Below, one piece after another: positions 1 through 7,125 of a stretch of DNA of 50,858 nucleotides (position 1 is the first letter of the stretch; the number at the start of each line of letters is the position of its first letter). Position numbers and translations under genes: made by a program. A model generated the notes under the pieces. The model was given only the letters and a program-made list of their open reading frames with translations, had not been told where the DNA came from and did not search any database. Source of the stretch: a virus; IMG/VR virus record IMGVR_UViG_3300020215_000011; one strand, written 5' to 3'.

Positions 1-127
1 AGTCACACTCGCGCGTCCCCGGCGGGACCAGGACGCGGGCCAGCCGGACCAGCGCGGCCCCCAGCCGGAGGTCGTGGGCGCAGTCCGCGCACAGCGTCGC
101 CTCCGGGGAGCGATACACCGGGACCAG
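1..127. repeat. Terminal direct repeat, left copy (identical to 50732..50858)
   Basis: Read directly: bases 1-127 equal the last 127 bases; unit length 50731 bp. Confidence 0.95.
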
Positions 128-154
128 CGGGCGCCCTTCGGGCGGGGCGCTCAT
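1..154 (-). CDS. Junction-spanning small zinc-ribbon protein (58 aa), 5' part; last 23 nt lie at 50709..50731
   Basis: ATG at 154 overlaps the stop of the 151..297 gene (ATGA). MSAPPEGRPLVPVYRSPEATLCADCAHDLRLGAALVRLARVLVPPGTRECDFCAVRIA closes only if the ends are joined. Two CxxC pairs. Confidence 0.6.
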   Translation of the reverse strand, partial: MSAPPEGRPLVPVYRSPEATLCADCAHDLRLGAALVRLARVLVPPGTRECD

Positions 155-297
155 CGCAGCACCCGGAAGACATTGCCGGCGACGATCAGCCCGACGATGG
201 CGGTCCACGTCTGCCACGACCACGGATCGAACTTCGTGATGGCCGACACGACCACGCCGACGAGCACCCCGAACGCGGCGCCGAGCAGAACGCTCAT
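151..297 (-). CDS. Small membrane protein (48 aa)
   Basis: Internal ATG of ORF 151..429; MSVLLGAAFGVLVGVVVSAITKF... is hydrophobic; ATGA overlaps at both ends. Confidence 0.55.
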   Translation of the reverse strand: MSVLLGAAFGVLVGVVVSAITKFDPWSWQTWTAIVGLIVAGNVFRVLR

Positions 298-623
298 GCG
301 TGCCTCCCCGTCGCGAAGCGACGCCCCTGCGGTTTCCACTTCGACACCCGCCCCTCGGTCATCACGTAGGCGAGCGCCCGCGCCGTCGTCCACGCGAGCC
401 GTTCCCGCCCCGCCTCGGCCCTGACCCAACTGAGCACCGCGTCGTCGTCCATCGGCACCGGCCCCTCGGGGACTTGCGACGAGGGCGCGGGGCGGAAATG
501 GGCGATGTGCGCGAGCGCCTCACGCATGCGCTGCTGGCCGGGCGCTGACAGCGGCGTCGCCGGACGGGCGCCGCCGAGCGTCGTGGAGAAGCGCACCTTG
601 GTCCGGGCGTAGCGGCCGCTCAT
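294..623 (-). CDS. Hypothetical protein (109 aa)
   Basis: ORF track; ATGA coupling to both neighbours; normal composition. Confidence 0.6.
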   Translation of the reverse strand: MSGRYARTKVRFSTTLGGARPATPLSAPGQQRMREALAHIAHFRPAPSSQVPEGPVPMDDDAVLSWVRAEAGRERLAWTTARALAYVMTEGRVSKWKPQGRRFATGRHA

Positions 624-787
624 GTGAGGCCATCCTCGGGGAGCGGGCTAACCACTACGTAGGAGCCGTCCTCCAGTTTGCGGATCACGCGATAACCGCA
701 CCGAGTCATCAACCCGTTCGCGAACACGCAAAACCCCGCCTCCAACTGCTCGGGCGTCACAATGCGGATGTGCTCCTGCGTGCTCAC
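620..787 (-). CDS. Hypothetical small protein (55 aa)
   Basis: Hand-translated (below the 60-aa track cutoff): VSTQEHIRIVTPEQLEAGFCVFANGLMTRCGYRVIRKLEDGSYVVVSPLPEDGLT; GTG with GGAGGG 7 nt upstream; ATGA onto the next gene. Confidence 0.5.
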   Translation of the reverse strand: MSTQEHIRIVTPEQLEAGFCVFANGLMTRCGYRVIRKLEDGSYVVVSPLPEDGLT

Positions 788-897
788 GCATTCCCTCCGC
801 CCGTTAGGCGAGCCGGCTGTCCGGTTCCGCGCGTCACCGTCAAGGCGTAGCTTTCATCCGGGCGGACCTTCGTGGGGACCATCCCGCCGGCCCTCAT
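784..897 (-). CDS. Possible 37-aa peptide
   Basis: C-terminal part of ORF 784..1230 from an internal ATG; ATGA/GTGA overlaps at both ends; no other support. Confidence 0.3.
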   Translation of the reverse strand: MRAGGMVPTKVRPDESYALTVTRGTGQPARLTGGGNA

Positions 898-1049
898 CGG
901 CGGCCATCCAGCAGCGCGACGAGCGCGGTGAAGCACGCGACCGCGGTAGCCGACGCCGCGCTCGCCGGGAATCCGGTCAGCGCGCAATAGACGGCCCCCG
1001 CCGCAGCGACGGCCGACCACATCGCCCACAAGAACGCGAGCCAGCTCAC
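894..1049 (-). CDS. Small membrane protein (51 aa)
   Basis: GTG start preceded by GGAGGGGG; VSWLAFLWAMWSAVAAAGAVYCALTG... is hydrophobic; GTGA overlap with the upstream stop. Confidence 0.5.
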   Translation of the reverse strand: MSWLAFLWAMWSAVAAAGAVYCALTGFPASAASATAVACFTALVALLDGRR

Positions 1050-1240
1050 GCCGCCCCCTCCGAGTCGCTGGACGACTTCTGGCGGGACTTGTGCGACCGG
1101 ATGCCCTGTTCCTTGCGGGCCGCCCGTTTCGACGGCTCCACGGACGCGCAGCGGACGCACACGTACCCGGCGGGCCGATACGGCAGGCTCGGCCACCGCA
1201 TCTCGCCGCACGCGGTACAGCGGGTCTCAAACGTCGGCAT
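1046..1240 (-). CDS. Zinc-ribbon small protein (64 aa)
   Basis: ORF track; CTAC...CVRC cysteine pairs. Confidence 0.65.
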   Translation of the reverse strand: MPTFETRCTACGEMRWPSLPYRPAGYVCVRCASVEPSKRAARKEQGIRSHKSRQKSSSDSEGAA

Positions 1241-2328
1241 CAGAACGGCACCTCCGTCTGCGTCCGCCGCTGCTCCCGCCAGTCCTTCACGCCCTGCTCG
1301 TCGCCCATCGCGAGGTACAGGGCGCGCAGCTTCTTGAGGTCCGTGTCCTTCGCGTTGAACAACTGGCCGCCGAGGAAGTCACGCGAGAGCGCGTCCCGCT
1401 CGTCGGTCGTGAAGTTGTGGCGCTTGAGGCCGCGGGCGATGCCGCCCTGGAACCGGACGCGGTTCCGCTCCTCGGGGGCGTCGTCGTCTGGCGCATCGAG
1501 CGCGGACGCCGGCACCGTCTCCACGCGCCGCCCCGCCGTCGCGAGCGGGGAGACGCCCTTGGCGGCGACGCCCTCGTACTCGAACGGCGGATCCGCGTTG
1601 ACGTCGTGCGGAATGTCGCCGTCCGACTCGAGCCCGACGAGGTTCGTGTTGCGCCCGTTCGTCTCGATGGCCGGCGTCACCGCCACCTTGGCGTCGCACA
1701 TCTTTTCCGCTCGCCCGGCGAGCGCCAGATCGAACGTGCTGGCCTTGCGCCCGTCGCTGAACTCCACGTCGAAGCGCGTCCACGCCTTCCCGGTCTTGGC
1801 GCTGGTGCCCTTCTGGGTGTGGACGGCGACGATGCGGAGGGCGCCGGATGGCTCGGGCGCGGTGGCAGGCGCGGCCTTCGGGCGCTCGGCGCGCTCCTTC
1901 TTCGGCGGGGCGTCCTCGCGCTCGGGATCGTCCCCGGTCGGCATCAGGAACGTCTTGAGCAGGAAGTACTTCTCCCCGCCCGTCATCGCCTTGTAGAGCC
2001 CCTTGTCCTCCTTGTCCGTGCCGGCGCCCGCCCACTTCCGCGTCAGTTCCTCGCCCGACTCGCCGTCGAGGAACGTGAACGACATGGCGAGCGTCGTCAG
2101 GACCGAGCCCTTGTCCCCGACCGGGACGCGATCCGCGGACTCCACGGAAGGAATCAGCATCACCTTCCGGTCGGCGAGCTCCTTGCGGATGACGCCGGCA
2201 ATGTCGGCCTCGGTCGCGTAGTCGTAGCCGTGGAAGTCGTTGCGCCCCCGCTTCGGGACGCGCTCGACGGCGGCCATGACTTCGGCCAGCTTCGTGACGA
2301 GGGTTTTGGGCGTGCCGTTGGCGCTCAT
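1240..2328 (-). CDS. erf: ERF-family single-strand annealing recombinase with C-terminal extension
   Basis: N-terminal 150 aa match the ERF pattern (KLAEVMAAV..VPKRGRNDFHGYDYATEADI ... KAMTGGEKYFLLKTFLMPTGDDPE) recalled from P22 Erf. Confidence 0.8.
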   Translation of the reverse strand: MSANGTPKTLVTKLAEVMAAVERVPKRGRNDFHGYDYATEADIAGVIRKELADRKVMLIPSVESADRVPVGDKGSVLTTLAMSFTFLDGESGEELTRKWAGAGTDKEDKGLYKAMTGGEKYFLLKTFLMPTGDDPEREDAPPKKERAERPKAAPATAPEPSGALRIVAVHTQKGTSAKTGKAWTRFDVEFSDGRKASTFDLALAGRAEKMCDAKVAVTPAIETNGRNTNLVGLESDGDIPHDVNADPPFEYEGVAAKGVSPLATAGRRVETVPASALDAPDDDAPEERNRVRFQGGIARGLKRHNFTTDERDALSRDFLGGQLFNAKDTDLKKLRALYLAMGDEQGVKDWREQRRTQTEVPF

Positions 2329-2633
2329 GCGGCGTCCCCGGACACCCCGCCGACCTTGCGCGCGATGGTCAGGAAGTCGAACCGGTGCGTGTCGTTGAGG
2401 TGGATCAGCAGGAGGGCTTCGTCGGTCGCCGACCAGTCACACACGCTGCACCGCTGCGGAGTGCGTGACAGGTCATACGCCGTATAGATGTCCGCGTTGA
2501 CTGGGATCGCGTCGCTGAGAGCGATCACGGCGCACTTGGCCCTGTCGCCCGCCGTGGTAGGTACCCCGCGGAACCACTGCGGCACCCCGTCGAGCGCCGC
2601 CTTCACCAGCACTTCTCTCGCTCGTTCGTTCAT
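2325..2633 (-). CDS. Hypothetical protein (102 aa)
   Basis: Internal ATG of ORF 2325..2921 with ATGA overlap on the upstream stop; the R-rich N-terminal extension is rejected. Confidence 0.6.
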   Translation of the reverse strand: MNERAREVLVKAALDGVPQWFRGVPTTAGDRAKCAVIALSDAIPVNADIYTAYDLSRTPQRCSVCDWSATDEALLLIHLNDTHRFDFLTIARKVGGVSGDAA

Positions 2634-2809
2634 CGCACCCTCTCTTTCGTCAATCCCTCGTACTCGGCGGCATCGGACGGACTCAGCGACACCCGCAGGC
2701 GCAGCGTCTGATCCCGCAGCGACGCCTTTTTCTTTTCCAGCGCGTGCTGCGTCGCGCTGATCTGCTTCAGCGCCAGTTCCAGGGCGTGCAGGCGGGCTCC
2801 GGGAGTCAT
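2630..2809 (-). CDS. Small coiled-coil protein (59 aa)
   Basis: ATG 2809 overlaps the upstream stop (ATGA) and sits 1 nt after a GC hairpin (2811-2825). Confidence 0.55.
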   Translation of the reverse strand: MTPGARLHALELALKQISATQHALEKKKASLRDQTLRLRVSLSPSDAAEYEGLTKERVR

Positions 2810-3135
2810 GGGCGCCCTGCGGGCGAGTCGCCTTCGGCCAGCGCGAGAGCTCGTTCGGCGTCGTCGTATTCCCGACACGTGCAGTCCGGCCGGTCGCGGA
2901 AGTGCGCGAGCCGCATCGCACGCAGCGCTGCGACCAGCGCGTCGTGCGCGTTTACCGCGCGGACGATCAGGTCGGCGTTGGCCTCCATGACCGGCAGCCG
3001 CGACAGGACGCATTCATGCGCGACGACAGCCACCAGCGAGCCATCACCGCCTTTAACCGTGGCTTGGTCGTTACGGTCGGGGTTGCCGACCTGCCAAGGT
3101 CGCGCCGTCGCCTCTCCGCCCGTCTCGGGCGCCAT
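2806..3135 (-). CDS. Ead/Ea22-like phage protein (paralog 1)
   Basis: ..ARPWQV..GSLVAVV..MEANADLIVRAVNAHDAL.. pattern typical of Ead/Ea22-like proteins; GGGGAG 6 nt before ATG 3135. Confidence 0.6.
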   Translation of the reverse strand: MAPETGGEATARPWQVGNPDRNDQATVKGGDGSLVAVVAHECVLSRLPVMEANADLIVRAVNAHDALVAALRAMRLAHFRDRPDCTCREYDDAERALALAEGDSPAGRP

Positions 3136-3218
3136 CACACGCTCCCCAGCGCGAGCAGGAGGTAGAGCGCCCCCGTCACCAGCAGGGACAGGACGGCGGA
3201 GAGGAGAACGTCACGCAT
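3135..3218 (-). CDS. Possible 27-aa hydrophobic peptide
   Basis: Hand-translated MRDVLLSAVLSLLVTGALYLLLALGSV; hairpin 3225-3241 6 nt upstream; stop overlaps the next ATG (TGATG). Confidence 0.3.
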   Translation of the reverse strand: MRDVLLSAVLSLLVTGALYLLLALGSV

Positions 3219-3486
3219 CAGGGGCACTCCCTTCGGGAGTGGCTGCCGCTGGTGCCGACACGGCGCGTCGAGGAACGAACATCTTGTGTAGCGCGACGGC
3301 GCACTTACAGCACTGGGCGTGCGCGGCCTTGTACGGGTGGTCTTCGCAGTAGCAGTGCTCGCAAGGCGAAAACACGCGCGGCCTCCAGTCTTGCGGCGGC
3401 GGGAAAAACGACCCGCGCGCGCACTCAGCGCAGCGACAGCGGCAATTCGTGGGGTGCGGACAGCCGATGCAGTTGCACACGCCCAT
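3211..3486 (-). CDS. Cys-rich protein (91 aa, 19 Cys)
   Basis: Internal ATG of ORF 3211..3753; MGVCNCIGCPHPTNCRCRCAEC...; TGATG coupling. Confidence 0.6.
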   Translation of the reverse strand: MGVCNCIGCPHPTNCRCRCAECARGSFFPPPQDWRPRVFSPCEHCYCEDHPYKAAHAQCCKCAVALHKMFVPRRAVSAPAAATPEGSAPDA

Positions 3487-3683
3487 CACGCGCCACCGTC
3501 CTTTCGTCTCGACGTCACGGGTGCCGCGACGTAGGCGCCCTCCGGGCGTTGCGGCTGCGCCGCGCTCGGCGTGGAGCCGGCCCGAGTGGCCGACTCCATC
3601 GCGGCAAGCGCGTCTTCCAGTTCGCGGATGCGATCCACCGCGCACCGGTCCACGATGGTGTTGCCGCACTTGCAGCGGATCAC
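3486..3683 (-). CDS. Small protein (65 aa) with CKC..C motif
   Basis: GTG start in a GTGA overlap with the 3680..4129 stop. Confidence 0.5.
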   Translation of the reverse strand: MIRCKCGNTIVDRCAVDRIRELEDALAAMESATRAGSTPSAAQPQRPEGAYVAAPVTSRRKDGGA

Positions 3684-4129
3684 CCCTGCGAGGAACCGAG
3701 CGCGGCGCGCACGCCGGGGACGCTGTGACGGGTGCGGGCGACGCGGCGGGCACTCCGCTTCCCCGCCGGCACCGCCGTGCGCGAACCGAGCCGCTGCTGC
3801 CCGCCGGGAGGGTTCAGCCAGTAGTCGCCCGGCTTGAACTCCACGCCGCGGTCGAACGACACGATCTCGCGCTGCACGGACGGCGGGACGACGTAGCGCG
3901 TGGCGCGCGGCCCTTTGACGAGATACGCCACGGAGTGCGACAGGAGCACGCCATCGAGGTTGAACTTCCGCCGGCAGGCCACCGCCATCGCACACGTCTG
4001 ATGGCTCTTGCGCCGCCCCTTCCGCGCATCGGCCGGCGTCACTTCGATCTCGATGGGACCGTGCGCGTCCGTGACCTTCTTCACGCCCGGAAAGTGCTTC
4101 TGAACGATGCCGAGACTATTCATTGCCAC
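3680..4129 (-). CDS. Hypothetical protein (149 aa)
   Basis: ORF track; normal composition. Confidence 0.65.
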   Translation of the reverse strand: MAMNSLGIVQKHFPGVKKVTDAHGPIEIEVTPADARKGRRKSHQTCAMAVACRRKFNLDGVLLSHSVAYLVKGPRATRYVVPPSVQREIVSFDRGVEFKPGDYWLNPPGGQQRLGSRTAVPAGKRSARRVARTRHSVPGVRAALGSSQG

Positions 4130-4343
4130 CCTGGACTCCCCCTTCAGTTGGTGTTGTGTTGACTGCTTCTCCGCGCGCCTCGCGCGCCCCCCGCCCCGGA
4201 CAGGGCTTCGTCCACTGGCTCCCCGGATAGATGCGGTCGCACCGGGCGCAGTGGAACCAGCCCTCGGGCAGCTCCCCGTCCGGGTGGAGGAACGACACCG
4301 CGTGCGTCATCCGCTCGTCCTCGATCCACACCGCGTCGTCCAT
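4116..4343 (-). CDS. Hypothetical protein (75 aa)
   Basis: ATG 4343 overlaps the upstream stop (TGATG), 2 nt after hairpin 4346-4360. Confidence 0.55.
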   Translation of the reverse strand: MDDAVWIEDERMTHAVSFLHPDGELPEGWFHCARCDRIYPGSQWTKPCPGRGAREARGEAVNTTPTEGGVQGGNE

Positions 4344-4747
4344 CAGGCGCCCTTCGGGCGTTGCGGCTTCGCCGCGCTTCGGTAGCCGGCGTATTCCGCG
4401 ACCAGCGCGGCCTCGCACTCGTCGGTGCAGGCCGACCGGCCGCCGTACGTGTATTCGCCGCAGTTGAGACACTTCCCCGTCGGCTCTGGCGCGCCCTCGG
4501 GCCACGGCTCGTACTCGCCGGTGCCGCGAGACGGGAACTGCGCGACGGTCGGATCGACTACGCGCCCGTCTGGCGCCACGAGCCACCAATGCGCGCGGCG
4601 TCCCCACATCGGGCAGTGGTAGTGCCCGCGCACCCGGCGTAGTTCGGGAAACTCCTCCGCCATCGTCGCGGTGATTGCCGCGCACAGGCCGATGGGGTCC
4701 GCCGGCACCTCGGCGCGAATCCAGTCCTCGTACCGCTCGTCACTCAT
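4343..4747 (-). CDS. Hypothetical protein (134 aa), Cys-rich C-terminus
   Basis: Internal ATG with ATGA overlap; ..CLNCGEYTYGGRSACTDEC.. Confidence 0.6.
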   Translation of the reverse strand: MSDERYEDWIRAEVPADPIGLCAAITATMAEEFPELRRVRGHYHCPMWGRRAHWWLVAPDGRVVDPTVAQFPSRGTGEYEPWPEGAPEPTGKCLNCGEYTYGGRSACTDECEAALVAEYAGYRSAAKPQRPKGA

Positions 4748-4941
4748 CGCGGACTCCACCGGACCCGCTGCCCGGCCAAGCGCGTCCGCGGCTCCGTCAG
4801 GGGATAGGCACGTGGCGCCATCGCGTCCTGCCGGCGGCACCCGCCACACCGCGCAGCGGTGCCCACGTAGCCGGTCTCCGCATCCGGGACCATCTCCGTG
4901 TCCTCGAGGGCGTCCGGGGCGCCGCAGCGGTCGCACCTCAT
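4744..4941 (-). CDS. Zinc-ribbon small protein (65 aa)
   Basis: MRCDRCG...CGGC; ATGA overlaps at both ends; 17-mer hairpin 2 nt upstream. Confidence 0.55.
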   Translation of the reverse strand: MRCDRCGAPDALEDTEMVPDAETGYVGTAARCGGCRRQDAMAPRAYPLTEPRTRLAGQRVRWSPR

Positions 4942-5294
4942 CGGGCGCCCTCGACGGGCGTTGCGCCTTCGGCGCGCTCCTGCTCCCACTCGCGGGTGAC
5001 GAGCGCCTTATGGGCGCGGATCAGTAGCAGGTGCTCGCGCTCGGTCTCAGCCTTCGCCCGCTCAAGCCGCTTCTCGGTGGCACGCAGAAACGCCTGCCAC
5101 GCGCTCTCGGGGGTGAAGTGGCACTCCTGCGGGTCGTGATGCGTGCGGCAGTAGAAGGCCAAGCCGCTCCGCTCCGTCGTCACCCGCTTGTCCGTCTGCT
5201 TGATGACGCGCGCCCGCTCCAACGTCGCGCGGCCGTCGAAGACGTCCACCGCGTAGATCCACACCGCCGCTTCTCCGCCCGCCTCGGGCGCCAT
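4938..5294 (-). CDS. Hypothetical protein (118 aa)
   Basis: Starts MAPEAGGEA (hairpin just 3' of the ATG); ends ..PVEGAR inside a 17-mer hairpin. Confidence 0.6.
   Translation of the reverse strand: MAPEAGGEAAVWIYAVDVFDGRATLERARVIKQTDKRVTTERSGLAFYCRTHHDPQECHFTPESAWQAFLRATEKRLERAKAETEREHLLLIRAHKALVTREWEQERAEGATPVEGAR
4944..4960 (-). promoter_or_regulatory. Start-associated hairpin, identical 17-mer GGCGCCCTCGACGGGCG
   Basis: 2 nt upstream (minus strand) of ATG 4941. Confidence 0.7.
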
Positions 5295-5482
5295 CAGGAG
5301 GCCCCGCCATACGGAGGCCGCGGAGGATGCGCCTTGTGCGCCTTGGAGGCCCGGCCCCGCCCGCAGACGGTGCACCGGGGATACTTCTGGTAGTCGAGCG
5401 CCCGCCCGAACGGGCTCTGCCCCTTGGCGTCCGACAGGATGCGGTCGTACTTCTTCTGCTGGAGGCCCGAGCGGTCCTTCAT
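5294..5482 (-). CDS. Small protein (62 aa) with CTVC motif
   Basis: ATG 5482 two nt after the 17-mer hairpin; ATGA/TGATG coupling. Confidence 0.55.
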   Translation of the reverse strand: MKDRSGLQQKKYDRILSDAKGQSPFGRALDYQKYPRCTVCGRGRASKAHKAHPPRPPYGGAS

Positions 5483-5827
5483 CGGGCGCCCTCGACGGGC
5501 GGCGAAGCGCAGCCGTCCACGTGGGCCAGCAGGGCCTTTGCGCGCTCGGCCCAATACTCGTGGGCGAGCGTCGCGCCGTCGTCGTACGAGCACGTCGCCG
5601 CCTGCGCCATCAGGTCGTGGATGAACGCCCGCATCGCGTCGTGGTGGTTCACCGCGCGAACGATGAACTCGGCGTCCGCCGCCGGGACGACTTGCAGATG
5701 GCTTCTGCGGGTGACGCTGGCTGAGCGGCAGATCCGCGCCGCGCAGCAGGATCGCGCCGCCCTGACTACAGGGACTCAGACTCCACGGTCGCGGCGTCGC
5801 TTCACCCGCCGCGTCTCGCGGCGCCAT
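5479..5827 (-). pseudogene. Ead/Ea22-like paralog 2 with an apparent +1 frameshift near 5690-5720
   Basis: The frame from ATG 5827 gives MAPRDAAGEATPRPWSLSPCSQGGAILLRGADLPLSQ. The +1 frame gives ..HLQVVPAADAEFIVRAVNHHDAMRAF...PPVEGAR, ending in an ATGA overlap with the next gene. Both halves align with paralog 1. Confidence 0.55.
5485..5501 (-). promoter_or_regulatory. Start-associated hairpin, identical 17-mer
   Basis: 2 nt upstream of ATG 5482. Confidence 0.7.
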
Positions 5828-6048
5828 CACTGCGCCTCCCGGAGCGCCGCGACGCCCGCACACCGCGGACACCGTCCCCCGTACCCGTGCCCTGCCGGGA
5901 GACGGTGACACCGGAGGCAGAGGCGGGTGTTCTCGCTACTCTGTCGAACTACACTCAGCGGGGGGTCCGCGCGCTCCGTAACCCCGCGAAATGATGCACA
6001 CGGCTGAGTAATCCTCTTCTCGGATCGGACGTCGCTAGTGCCCGTCAT
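5827..6048 (-). CDS. Zinc-ribbon small protein (73 aa)
   Basis: ORF track; CLRC...CPRC; stop overlaps the next ATG (TGATG); start uncertain. Confidence 0.5.
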   Translation of the reverse strand: MTGTSDVRSEKRITQPCASFRGVTERADPPLSVVRQSSENTRLCLRCHRLPAGHGYGGRCPRCAGVAALREAQ

Positions 6049-7087
6049 TCCTCACCTTTTGATCGTTCGATTGCTCTGTCTGCGGCCCGTTACCCTGCGG
6101 GACAGTGAAGTCGTTACCGAGGTACCGATCCAGGCCGACGTACTGCTGCTGGCGGGCGGCGTGGAGCTCGTCCGGGACGATGTGGTCGTACGCCTGAATC
6201 GAGTGCGGATTGGCGTGGCCCATCATCCGCGAGCGGATCGACGGGTCGATCCCACCCCGGCGCCGGACGACTTCCATCGTGTGCCGGATCGTGTGAGCCC
6301 CGACGCGGAACCGCGTGATGCCGGCGCGCTTCGCGATCGCCGTCGCCAGGTGGGTCAGGCTCGAGGTCGTCATTGCCTCGCCGCGGCTGTTCGTCAGCAG
6401 CGGCTGATCGGGATGCACCCGCCCCTCGTTCAGCATCGTCGTGTGCAGCATCTCCACGACGGACGGCGACACCGGGATGTCCAGCTTCCGGCGGTTGCGC
6501 CCCCGGCCCTTCACGACGACGGACAGGTAATAGAGGCCGTTCACGTCGTGGAGATCCCCGACCTTCGCGCGCGTCAGTTCCAGCGACCGCAGGCCGGTGT
6601 CCACGAGCAGGGCGCGGGCGTTGCGCTGCCACGGCTCCGTCAACTCGACCGCGAGGAACGCCGCGAGTTCCTTCGGGTAGAGGTACTTCCGCTCGCGCTT
6701 GACCGCCTGCGGCCACTCAAACGCGGCCGTCGGGTTCGTCGTCATGTACGGCTTGCCCGTCCGGCTGTTCTTGTGCTGCATCCCGTACTTCGCCAGCGTG
6801 GACAGGGCGGCCAGCTTCGTGATGATGACGTTGATGCTGACCCCGAGTTTCGCCAGCTCCTCCGCGAACCCGAGGGCCGTGTCCTCGTTGAAGGACCGCA
6901 CCTCGTCCCGGAGCCCCGCCGTCTTCGTCACGTAGTCCACGAATTGGCGCCACGTGCGCTCGTACGAGCGGATCGTCAGCGGCGAGTAGTCCTTGTAGGT
7001 GAGCAGATGGGTCGAGCAGGCTTTGTAGAGGTCGGTAATCATGGCGTCGGGGGCCTCCAGGCCGTACGGGATGCGAACCCGCGGCAT
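6035..7087 (-). CDS. int: Tyrosine recombinase / phage integrase (350 aa)
   Basis: R (LRSLELTRAKV), HxxR (GAHTIRHT) and H..Y (GHANPHSIQAYDH) catalytic pattern; ATG 7087 with GAGAGGGG upstream; the 87-aa R-rich extension is rejected. Confidence 0.85.
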   Translation of the reverse strand: MPRVRIPYGLEAPDAMITDLYKACSTHLLTYKDYSPLTIRSYERTWRQFVDYVTKTAGLRDEVRSFNEDTALGFAEELAKLGVSINVIITKLAALSTLAKYGMQHKNSRTGKPYMTTNPTAAFEWPQAVKRERKYLYPKELAAFLAVELTEPWQRNARALLVDTGLRSLELTRAKVGDLHDVNGLYYLSVVVKGRGRNRRKLDIPVSPSVVEMLHTTMLNEGRVHPDQPLLTNSRGEAMTTSSLTHLATAIAKRAGITRFRVGAHTIRHTMEVVRRRGGIDPSIRSRMMGHANPHSIQAYDHIVPDELHAARQQQYVGLDRYLGNDFTVPQGNGPQTEQSNDQKVRNDGH

Positions 7088-7125
7088 GGTACCCCTCTCG
7101 CCCGGTTGCCGATTTACCAGCAGGC

